This document shows positions 55,301 through 62,908 of a stretch of 64,000 bases of DNA, piece by piece; position 1 is the first letter of the stretch, and each line of letters starts with the position of its first letter. This DNA is from a virus. The position numbers and the translations under genes are program-made. The notes beneath the pieces were generated by a model. It was given only the letters and a program-made list of their open reading frames with translations, made no database searches and was not told where the DNA came from. The DNA is taken from the IMG/VR virus record IMGVR_UViG_3300016667_000726, positions 18,083-82,082 of that record. One strand, given 5' to 3'.

Positions 55301-58300
55301 GATGCGCTGATTACGGGCAGGTCTGTTCCAGCTCCGCAGCCTAGCAAGGCTCTGGGCAACTTCCTCTCGTATGTGAAGGCCATGGGCATCCACGTCGGTA
55401 AGGAGGGAGACTCCTACGTTCTCTCCCCGATGACCGATAAGCAGTCTCTCGCCATCTCTAATGGCGAGATCAAGATGCCAAGCAAGACCCTAGCCGCCCG
55501 TGGACTTAGGACGATCGAGGAGGCCGGCGGCCTTTTCGACCCCAAGGTAACTGGCGCAAGGTTCACGGAGAACGGGGTTGAGGGCAAGTTCTGGGGACAC
55601 ATCAACCTAGCAACGAGAGTACCCAACCCGATGTTTGAGACCCCGATCACGATGATCCTAGGTCTCAAGGAGCAGGAGTTTGATGATCTCGTAGGCCCCA
55701 AGCTCATCAATGGTAGATCGGGGTTCGACATCCTTAATGAGCGCTTGGCCGCAGTGAACGTGCCTAAGGAGCTTGCTGAGGCGGAGGCATCGCTATCAAA
55801 GTTGTCTGGGCCTGCGCTAGCCCGTGCGTACCGCAAGGTCCGTTACCTAAGGGCACTGGCAAAGCTCAACATCAGCCCGCTAGATGCGTACACGAACAAG
55901 GTATTGCCGGTCATTCCGCCCGCGCTGCGTCAGGTCAAGCTGGACCCGACCGGTAAGCTCACCTTCGACGACCTCAACGCTATCTACCGAGTAGTTGGTC
56001 AGGTCAACGAGCAGTTGAAGGAAATGGATAAGGCAACTCCGCAGGAGACAATGCAGAAGTCCCGCTCGTTCCTATACGACGCTATTCGTGGCCTTCGAGT
56101 CTCCGGTATGGACCTTGGAGCTACCAAGAGTCAGCGTCACCACGAAGGACTGATGGAGAAGATGAGGGGCAGAAACCCCAAGTCCTCGTTCTTCCAGGAC
56201 TTCGTTGTAGGTCGGCGTCAGGACCTCTCGGGAAGATCTACGATCATCCCCGAGCCCGATATGGGCCTAGACGAGATTGGCATCCCAGTTCCAATTGCGA
56301 TGGAGATGTACAAGCCCTTCGTGATCCGGGAGCTGTCGAACTCATTGGGCGTGACCCCTGCTAGGGCGTGGCAGCTGTTCAAGACGAAGGATCCCACCGC
56401 TCGGCGTGCACTTGAGCGTGTCATCCAGCGCCGCCCTGTCATGGCAAAGCGGGATCCGGCTCTGCACCGGTTCTCAATCATGGCGTTCCAGCCCAGGCTT
56501 ATTTCTGGTAAGGCAATTGCCATCCACCCACTGATCACCGGAGGGTTCAACGCAGACTTCGATGGCGACACGATGGGCCTGTACGTCCCCGTGCACCAGA
56601 CTGCGGTGGACGAAGCCTTCAAGCTACTCCCGTCTCAGAATCTATTCTCGCCAACCCATGGCGGCCTGATGAACATTCCGAGTCAGGACTCCCTGCTTGG
56701 ACTGTTCCAGGCAACCGCATGGGGCAAGGATATCGGAAAGACGTACACGAAGGACGACGCAATCCGACTAGCTAAGGCTGGCACTATCAAGGCGACGGAT
56801 GTCATTACCGTGGACGGCAAGAAGACCACGGGAGGACGCCTCTGGCTTGCCTCGTGCCTCCCACTCGCCATGCGCGGGGATGAGCGCCTCCTCTACAACT
56901 CCTCCTTCCGTCTCGACAAGAAGGGGTTGAAGGACATGTTGACGCGAGTAGCCAAGGATTTCCAAAAGGACTTTGCCCAGACAGTCAACGACTGGAAGGA
57001 CATCGGCAACAAGCTCTCGTTCCTTCATGGGTCCTCGTTTAGCTTGCGGGACTTCCACGACGGTAAGGAGCTTCGCGAGGAGATCCTTGCTCCCTTCAAG
57101 AAGCAAGAGGCGGCCATCTACTCATCACGCCTGCCGAAGAAGGAGAAGGACGCCCAGATCGTACAGCTATACGAGCAGGCAAGCACCCTCCTTAAGCAGA
57201 GAGGGGAAGCCCGCTACAATCAGGGCGACAACCGGATCTACGAGTGGAAGGCATCTGGCGGACGCGGCAACTGGGAGCAGTTCTCTCAGCTCGTCATGGG
57301 CGCCATGCTCGTCAAGGATCCTACTAACGAGTACGTGCCGGTCCCCATCACCAAGTCATTCGGTGAGGGGCTGCCGTTCAGTCAGTACTGGGCATCTCTG
57401 CACGGAGCACGTAAGGGCACCCTAGATAGAGCATCAGGTACGGCCGAACCCGGCGCCCTCACGAAGGAGATCATCAATACGATGATCGACCACAAGATCT
57501 CCATGGACGACTGCGGCACAACCCAGGGCGTTGCCATGGATCCAAAGAACTCCGATGCTCTGGGAAGATACCTGGCTCCGGACCTCACCCTGAAGTCGGG
57601 CGAGGTTCTTCGGGCGGGAACTCTGATCGACAGCGCAGTCAGGGCAAAGATTGTGAATGCAGGTATGGACAAGGTGATTGTCCGCTCCCCTCTGCGTTGT
57701 CGGGCAGCCTCGGGTGTCTGTGCCAAGTGCTTTGGCCTAAATGAGAACGATAAGCTCCACCCCGTTGGTACGAACATCGGAGTCATCGCCGGACACGCTC
57801 TGGGAGAGCCGGTCATCCAGCTCACCATGCGTACCTTCCATACGGGCGGCGTAGGCGGTGGCGGCGTTGTCGACGCGTTTGCCAGAGTCAAGCAGCTCTT
57901 CAGCGTTCCTCAGAAGCTCAAGGGGCAGGCAACCTTGGCGACAGCTGAGGGTTCCATCACGCGTGTTGTGGCCAATCGAGAGCAAGGCGGGCACGACGTG
58001 TTTATCCGCGACTCAAAGGGAGTTGAGAAGGGGCACTACGTTCCGGCGGAACTTCAGCTGTTGCCAGGCACGACAGTAGGCGCGTCCGTCAAGCGAGGCG
58101 ATCCTCTCTCAACCGGACCTCGTAATCCTAATGAGATTCTCAAGCTCACGGGGAACATGAACGCAGTCCGCAGCTATCTCGTAGATGAGACAGACCAGGC
58201 GTACGGCGGACTCACCAAGCGAAGGAATATTGAGGCGGTTGTACGTGCGGCTACGAATCTAGCTCGTGTTGAGGCGGCTCCTGGGCACCCAGAATACCTG

Positions 58301-58624
58301 CGTGGTCAACATGTCCCCCTCAATGAGCTCGAGGATGTGAATCGTCGTGCTGCTGCGCAAGGAGTGCCGCTTGTCCTCTACACTCCAATCCTCAAGCCTA
58401 TGCAGCAAATGCCGACTGAGGGACGTGAGGACTGGATGGGTCGCCTGAACTTCCAGCGCCTCGAGAACACCTTCCGCGAGGGTGCTGCTCAGGGATGGGC
58501 ATCGGACATCCATGGTTCTACGATTGCAGGTATGGCACATGGTGCCCAGTTCGGGCTGCCTAAGGCTCCACCGCCATTCAGCGCTGCGGCCTTTGGCGCC
58601 CCTTCCTCTGGAGTTCGTAGATGA
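52397..58624 (+). CDS. rpoBC: Single-chain DNA-directed RNA polymerase, fused beta-beta'
   Basis: Beta motifs QTPEG, NRAMMA, NFEDGI, GDKLSGRHGNKG, PSRMNVGQ; beta' motifs GHINL, LPVIPP, GRRQDLSGRS, RDPALHR, NADFDGD (56549-56569), HGARKG, CRAASGVCAKCFG, GEPVIQLTMRTFHTGG. Confidence 0.95.
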   Translation: MANLLNPVQAFETLKQRVVEAFRAHFPIEGQQNRLELVDISVEDSNDPGSPYHIDNIKAQEEAKLSGGSWDIPVKGRMRLVRKSDGKVLDESRITLAKIPKITSRYSYIVEGNERQHDGVFRLRSRPYHFTADNGVIKAQWNMAKGLGFDLFIADRKTGFIKMNIGTSNLPVYSVLNALGVSDEEMRQSWGSETFEANKKKAKPDDLLKITKLIKRPKKGEPAPTAASARADVANYFTTQTKLRPDAMYSAFGIKDDHVNGQNLLMSATRILGISRGTTGEDDRQSLAAKDLTSTEDFIAEAITNRSRDIEKNIRENVDRKTRVADVISNYPYTKIIRQTFTNAQRPEQTNPLTFVSGYLRTTIRGADFGGIKGEQVNLDRDQQINPSHLGFLDAVQTPEGTETGIALHLPLGVKKVDKELKTTVWDVKAGKSVDVTPAEMERAVVAYPDQVEWRGGKPVPREPIVTVYDNDRSTTRRPWADVQYVLPSAKATLSFSANLVPFLQNNNGNRAMMAAKQQEQAVSLKYREAPLVQAKTDGALTFDELLGTVSSHRAPVDGVVESVSADEIVIRSADGKRVPVSIYNHFPLNGGKTMLHADPVVKKGDQVKKHQLIADTNYTKDGRLALGTNIRVAYIPYEGRNFEDGIVVSESAAKKLTSSHLHEESLFLYEGMQVNRNRWKDYTIPERSRADRLAKLDENGVVKVGEKVRHGDILVAAIAPQRTLSQDQLDMASIRKSLVRGFRDSALSWEHDHEGTVAKVVRANNKITVFVRTDEPLIVGDKLSGRHGNKGIVSRIIPDHEMPHDKAGNPVQILLNVAGVPSRMNVGQALETAASKIAKKTGQTYVTENFQPGVDYTQTVLNDLKKHNLSDTEELTDPKTGRSLGPIMVGDQYIIKLHQQVEKKMTARSYGDRYSAVSGAPPKGSGIPGGGQKLDQLTTYALLAHGAVHNLREAQTYKSDVDQEDVWDALITGRSVPAPQPSKALGNFLSYVKAMGIHVGKEGDSYVLSPMTDKQSLAISNGEIKMPSKTLAARGLRTIEEAGGLFDPKVTGARFTENGVEGKFWGHINLATRVPNPMFETPITMILGLKEQEFDDLVGPKLINGRSGFDILNERLAAVNVPKELAEAEASLSKLSGPALARAYRKVRYLRALAKLNISPLDAYTNKVLPVIPPALRQVKLDPTGKLTFDDLNAIYRVVGQVNEQLKEMDKATPQETMQKSRSFLYDAIRGLRVSGMDLGATKSQRHHEGLMEKMRGRNPKSSFFQDFVVGRRQDLSGRSTIIPEPDMGLDEIGIPVPIAMEMYKPFVIRELSNSLGVTPARAWQLFKTKDPTARRALERVIQRRPVMAKRDPALHRFSIMAFQPRLISGKAIAIHPLITGGFNADFDGDTMGLYVPVHQTAVDEAFKLLPSQNLFSPTHGGLMNIPSQDSLLGLFQATAWGKDIGKTYTKDDAIRLAKAGTIKATDVITVDGKKTTGGRLWLASCLPLAMRGDERLLYNSSFRLDKKGLKDMLTRVAKDFQKDFAQTVNDWKDIGNKLSFLHGSSFSLRDFHDGKELREEILAPFKKQEAAIYSSRLPKKEKDAQIVQLYEQASTLLKQRGEARYNQGDNRIYEWKASGGRGNWEQFSQLVMGAMLVKDPTNEYVPVPITKSFGEGLPFSQYWASLHGARKGTLDRASGTAEPGALTKEIINTMIDHKISMDDCGTTQGVAMDPKNSDALGRYLAPDLTLKSGEVLRAGTLIDSAVRAKIVNAGMDKVIVRSPLRCRAASGVCAKCFGLNENDKLHPVGTNIGVIAGHALGEPVIQLTMRTFHTGGVGGGGVVDAFARVKQLFSVPQKLKGQATLATAEGSITRVVANREQGGHDVFIRDSKGVEKGHYVPAELQLLPGTTVGASVKRGDPLSTGPRNPNEILKLTGNMNAVRSYLVDETDQAYGGLTKRRNIEAVVRAATNLARVEAAPGHPEYLRGQHVPLNELEDVNRRAAAQGVPLVLYTPILKPMQQMPTEGREDWMGRLNFQRLENTFREGAAQGWASDIHGSTIAGMAHGAQFGLPKAPPPFSAAAFGAPSSGVRR

Positions 58625-59640
58625 TCTTTGAGCCTGCGCCGCCAAAGCCATCTAAGAATGCTGAGAGGCCCGGCTCATCGGCAGGCAACGTCGTTAAGGG
58701 CGTGGCCACCGATGGCCTTAAGACGGCAGTGATCCAACGTGGGTTCATTGTTGGGGTGAGTCCCGACAAGTGGTCCATGACAGTCCAGACCATCTATGGG
58801 CGTAGAAGGATTGTGGATTGCTCAATCCCTAGCCTCTATGCTCATAGAAATAGAGGAGAGGGAATCCACTTCATCCCAGAGGTGGGGGCAGACGTATGGC
58901 TTTGCTTTCCCTCTGAGGACTCCCGGCCGTTCCCAATCTGCTACATGCCACCTCCCGGACAGGATGGAAGCTCAAAGGCCAACCGTCCAAACTTGACTCC
59001 AGGCTCCTACGCGATGCTCACGCGCGACGGAAATGGGATCAAGATCCACAGGGGCGGACTCGTAGAGATCGAGGCGACTCCCATCTGTAAGATGCTCTTT
59101 CTCCCACGAGAGGATGCAATCGTAACTCTCGCCCAGGAGTGGAGGCTGGAGACGCCTGTCGGCAGGATGCACTTCTACGCTGGTGAGCCAGGAGAGCTTC
59201 CTAATGATCAGCTAGCTGGGAGGTTCCTTGCCCAGTTTAAGCAAGAGGTAAATCAGAAGCACCACGCCGTTGACCTCTCTATTGGATCTGAGGTTGGGGT
59301 TGATGGTGTATTCCAGCTCGACATCTACGAGAGTGGGGACGTAGAGACTGAGGCACAGCGAACCAAGAAGCTCCAAGTCGTTGGCCAGAGCGACGGGGAT
59401 ATGCTGGTTGGGGTCGCGCAAGGAAAGGCTCTTCAAGTAGGCTCACTAACGGGTACGACACGATATCCAGTAGTCGTCAACGACTCGTTCTTTAGCGACG
59501 TGGCTGCTGCCTTCACCGAGGTAAAAGCGGTTCTGTCTGCGTTGGGGCTTCCAACAACCAACATCGACACGCTACTCGTCAACCTGCTGTTGCCCACAGA
59601 GAGCAATCCCTATCTATCGCAGTATTTGAAGGCAGAATAA
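58621..59640 (+). CDS. gpV/gp5-like baseplate spike protein (N-terminal OB fold)
   Basis: VQTIYG...[16 protein letters not shown]...PICY pattern resembles the gpV/VgrG OB-fold; ATGA coupling to RNAP. Confidence 0.55.
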   Translation: MIFEPAPPKPSKNAERPGSSAGNVVKGVATDGLKTAVIQRGFIVGVSPDKWSMTVQTIYGRRRIVDCSIPSLYAHRNRGEGIHFIPEVGADVWLCFPSEDSRPFPICYMPPPGQDGSSKANRPNLTPGSYAMLTRDGNGIKIHRGGLVEIEATPICKMLFLPREDAIVTLAQEWRLETPVGRMHFYAGEPGELPNDQLAGRFLAQFKQEVNQKHHAVDLSIGSEVGVDGVFQLDIYESGDVETEAQRTKKLQVVGQSDGDMLVGVAQGKALQVGSLTGTTRYPVVVNDSFFSDVAAAFTEVKAVLSALGLPTTNIDTLLVNLLLPTESNPYLSQYLKAE

Positions 59641-61070
59641 TGGGAACCATCTCCGACAATCTCCGAGATGCGCTTGACGCTGCCATGCTTGACCGGATTG
59701 GAGCTGGGTACGCTCCTCAATCTGATGCGTTCAAGAGTGGACTACTTGGTGCGATTGGCGACGCGATGGAGGAGCGTAAGGACGACTTCGGCGGAGGAGG
59801 CGGCGGAGGCCAAGGGCCGCAAGGTCCTCAGGGAGCAGCAGGTCCGCAAGGCCCAGCAGGATCAACTGGAGCAACCGGCCCACAAGGATCTATAGGCCCT
59901 ACTGGTCCCGCAGGTTCTCAGGGGGCGACAGGTCCTCAAGGACCTCAGGGAGCAACTGGGTCTACCGGGAGTACGGGTGCTCAAGGATCAACTGGTCCGC
60001 AGGGGGCTACAGGCCCCCAGGGAGCTACAGGCCCCCAGGGCTCTAGCGGACCCCAAGGGGCATCTGGTGCCCAAGGAGCCACGGGGTCTCAGGGAGCTGC
60101 TGGGGCTCAGGGCGCAACTGGCGCACAGGGGCCGGCTGGTCCTGCAATTACGATCCTTGGGAGTGTGGCAACCCCGGCAGGCCTCCCGATATCAGGCTCA
60201 TTTGGGGACGCCTGGATCGTAGACTCCGATGGCGACCTATACGTTTGGAACGGTGTAGCCTTTTCCTCGGTGGGTCAGATTGTAGGCCCTCAAGGGCCCA
60301 CCGGCGCGCAGGGGGCGACTGGGTCGACCGGACCTCAGGGTGCGTCCGGTCCCCAGGGTGCAACTGGGCCACAGGGAGCAACTGGACCCACAGGGCCGCA
60401 GGGAGATATTGGTCCACAAGGACCTCAAGGAAGTACTGGTGCCCAGGGTCCGCAGGGCGACGCGGGATCTACGGGAGCGCAGGGATCGGTAGGTCCTCAA
60501 GGAGCTCAAGGTCCTACCGGAGCTACTGGTGCTCAGGGAGACATCGGTCCTCAGGGAGCAACCGGGGCACAGGGACCTCAAGGTGCTCAAGGTGCTCAGG
60601 GTGCCCAGGGATCGCAGGGAGCAACAGGTCCTGGATTTGCGTGGACAACTCAATCGTCGGTGCTGTCCACGACAGACAACAGCACCGGAGTCAGTACCTC
60701 AATTACCTTCTCGGTTACTTCAGGTAAGTCATACGCCATTGAGGTATTTGGCGCCGTTGCCTCCGCTGCTGGCACCACAGGCATTCAGTTTAAGTGGCAG
60801 GAGTCTGGAGGGGCGTCCTCTACCATCTGCGCCGCCAGGATCGTGTACGGTCTTACGGGCACTAGCTCCTCTGACTCGTATCTCTACGCGGCAAACGCGT
60901 GGACTACTGTGGGCACCGGCCCGGGCAACGCAAACGCGCCGCTCCACATTGGCCTAACCTATGTCTGTAGCGGTACGGGAACTCTGACACTGTGGATGCG
61001 CTCTGAAGTCAACGGGTCATCCGTAACCCTACACGCGGGCTCGACTGGAAGGTCGATTGCCTCCACATGA
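59640..61070 (+). CDS. Collagen-like triple-helix fibre protein
   Basis: Two Gly-X-Y tracts (about 37 and 39 triplets) separated by a small beta domain; beta-rich C-terminal head. Confidence 0.85.
   Translation: MGTISDNLRDALDAAMLDRIGAGYAPQSDAFKSGLLGAIGDAMEERKDDFGGGGGGGQGPQGPQGAAGPQGPAGSTGATGPQGSIGPTGPAGSQGATGPQGPQGATGSTGSTGAQGSTGPQGATGPQGATGPQGSSGPQGASGAQGATGSQGAAGAQGATGAQGPAGPAITILGSVATPAGLPISGSFGDAWIVDSDGDLYVWNGVAFSSVGQIVGPQGPTGAQGATGSTGPQGASGPQGATGPQGATGPTGPQGDIGPQGPQGSTGAQGPQGDAGSTGAQGSVGPQGAQGPTGATGAQGDIGPQGATGAQGPQGAQGAQGAQGSQGATGPGFAWTTQSSVLSTTDNSTGVSTSITFSVTSGKSYAIEVFGAVASAAGTTGIQFKWQESGGASSTICAARIVYGLTGTSSSDSYLYAANAWTTVGTGPGNANAPLHIGLTYVCSGTGTLTLWMRSEVNGSSVTLHAGSTGRSIAST
59812..60632 (+). 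repeat. Gly-X-Y coding repeats ([12 protein letters not shown])
   Basis: Degenerate 9-nt periodicity visible directly; interrupted at about 60147-60284. Confidence 0.85.
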
Positions 61071-61176
61071 TCTTCATTTCGCTCCGTACCTGACGGGTCT
61101 ACAACCAAGATTCCTGATAGACTGACGACGGACCTCGCTCCGGTTAGTCTTGGCTCAACTCTGTAGGGGTTTGCCC

Positions 61177-62898
61177 ATGCCGCGCACCGCACATTCTTCT
61201 GCTCCACTCTTCCGTAGCGTTGCTCCGATTGAGACCTACGAGAAGGTGGCCTTCTTCGACAGCGGCATGTCCGCTAGTCTTGGCAAGGTGCCCGACGATG
61301 CAGAGAAGTGGCCAGCGCATGCGCTAAGTCGTGCCCATAAAGAGATGCCGTACCTCAGTGAGTTCGACGTCTCGATTGTCATGGAGCGCACCGACCCCGA
61401 GGCTGGCTACGGCATGGGATACCTCATGCTTCGTAATCGCTCAGCGCAGAACAAGCCCCAGGCAGAGATTGCGCGCCCGCAGAACTACGTTCGGGTACCG
61501 GTCATCATCAAGGAGCGTGAGCTCCTGCCCTTCAAGGTATTTGAGCTTGGCGGACGAATCTACCCGCTGAACAAGGCCCGTATTCGCCGCGCGCTGGTCA
61601 ACACCTCGATCTTCGATGGCGTGGGTTCGGCTCCTCGTCACTCCAAGAACCTCACGTTCGACCATCGTCCTCCGTACCAGCAGCGTCAGGGCTTCGGCAA
61701 GATCTACGATGCCACCGCCGGTCAGGCAGGTCTCGGCAAGATCTCAAGCGCTCCCTTGACTGCGAAGGCGCATGTTGCCCTCGCTCTGGAGGAGTTTGCG
61801 GAGAAGAAGGCGTACGGATTCATGCCGGTCCCCGCTAACGGCGGCAGTGACCCGTGGGTCGAGAAGTTCGCCGGAACTCCGTTCTATGACGAAGCTAAGG
61901 ATCTGTGCGCGGACGGGGCGCAGCGTCGCCTTGAGGACGCTCAGCGTGAAGCAGTGCGCAGCGCGAAGTTTGCCGCAGAGGCGCATCTCCGCGTTGAGGG
62001 CGCTACGCTTGAGGCAAAGCTGGCCGCGTTCAAGGCCGATACTGAGGATATCCCCGAGGAGGACACTCTCCGCAAGCTGTCATCCGCCCGGTACGGAGAT
62101 CCTAGCGCCCAAGGCTGCTCCTGGGACATGATGTTTGAGGGCACTCCGTTCTACTCAGATGCCCTGCACTACTGCGCCAAGGAAGCTCAGCTCCGTGCGC
62201 AGGACAACATGGACTGGGACAACGCATCATGGCGCGAGACTGAGCGCGCAAAGAGAATGCTCGATGCCAAGCTTGCCGCATGGAAGTACGAGCAGGAGAC
62301 CGGGCGCGAGTTCACTGGCCTACAGGCAAACGTCCACATCTCTCTCACCGAGGGAGGAGAGGAGCCAGGGCCGGTCAAGGCAGCTAGCGCTACTAAGATT
62401 GCCCGTATCTTTGGCGCCTCTGTCCCAAGGGAACTGGGGGAGTCCGCCCTAGACTACAGCAGGCGTCGGCGTAGCTTTGCAGACTACGTAGATCGTAAGC
62501 GTCAGGAGCAGCCCACCCCCATGTCGACTGCCCTTACCACCGGAGGGGGAGTAGGAGCGGGCCTAGGTGCCCTCGCAGGCCTGGCCTCTTCCAAGAGCCT
62601 CACTGGAGGACTTGCTGGGGGAGCGATCGGTGGCCTAGGTGGGATGGCCCTAGGGGCGCTAATGCAGGCATCCGACGCCGCCAAGATTCGCAAGGCACAG
62701 GCACTGCATGGAGATTCTGAGGGCATTGACTCTGAGCTGGATCGGCAGATCATCAAGCAAGTGCGGGGCAAGCAGCTAGCGCGCCGCATGAATGAAGATC
62801 TTCGGCACCGACAGATCCTACAAGCGATTGACCGCAGAAATAGTCAGTACCCTGAAGGCCTATCATACGGCTCGTACGCCCCATTTGGGCGCTACTGA
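61177..62898 (+). CDS. Putative internal virion protein with internal duplication, glycine zipper and K-x-A motifs
   Basis: ATG 61177 has an AGGGG SD; FAGTPFY/FEGTPFY duplicated module; GGGVGAGLGALAG...GGLAGGAIGGLGG. Confidence 0.5.
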   Translation: MPRTAHSSAPLFRSVAPIETYEKVAFFDSGMSASLGKVPDDAEKWPAHALSRAHKEMPYLSEFDVSIVMERTDPEAGYGMGYLMLRNRSAQNKPQAEIARPQNYVRVPVIIKERELLPFKVFELGGRIYPLNKARIRRALVNTSIFDGVGSAPRHSKNLTFDHRPPYQQRQGFGKIYDATAGQAGLGKISSAPLTAKAHVALALEEFAEKKAYGFMPVPANGGSDPWVEKFAGTPFYDEAKDLCADGAQRRLEDAQREAVRSAKFAAEAHLRVEGATLEAKLAAFKADTEDIPEEDTLRKLSSARYGDPSAQGCSWDMMFEGTPFYSDALHYCAKEAQLRAQDNMDWDNASWRETERAKRMLDAKLAAWKYEQETGREFTGLQANVHISLTEGGEEPGPVKAASATKIARIFGASVPRELGESALDYSRRRRSFADYVDRKRQEQPTPMSTALTTGGGVGAGLGALAGLASSKSLTGGLAGGAIGGLGGMALGALMQASDAAKIRKAQALHGDSEGIDSELDRQIIKQVRGKQLARRMNEDLRHRQILQAIDRRNSQYPEGLSYGSYAPFGRY

Positions 62899-62908
62899 GG
62901 AAAGAACT

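Noticed and set aside
36458-58624. Inteins or introns in PolA, DnaB, RecA or RNAP
   Set aside because: Catalytic motifs are contiguous; no C/S...HN intein ends or LAGLIDADG motifs recognised. The PolA insert is helical and not intein-like.
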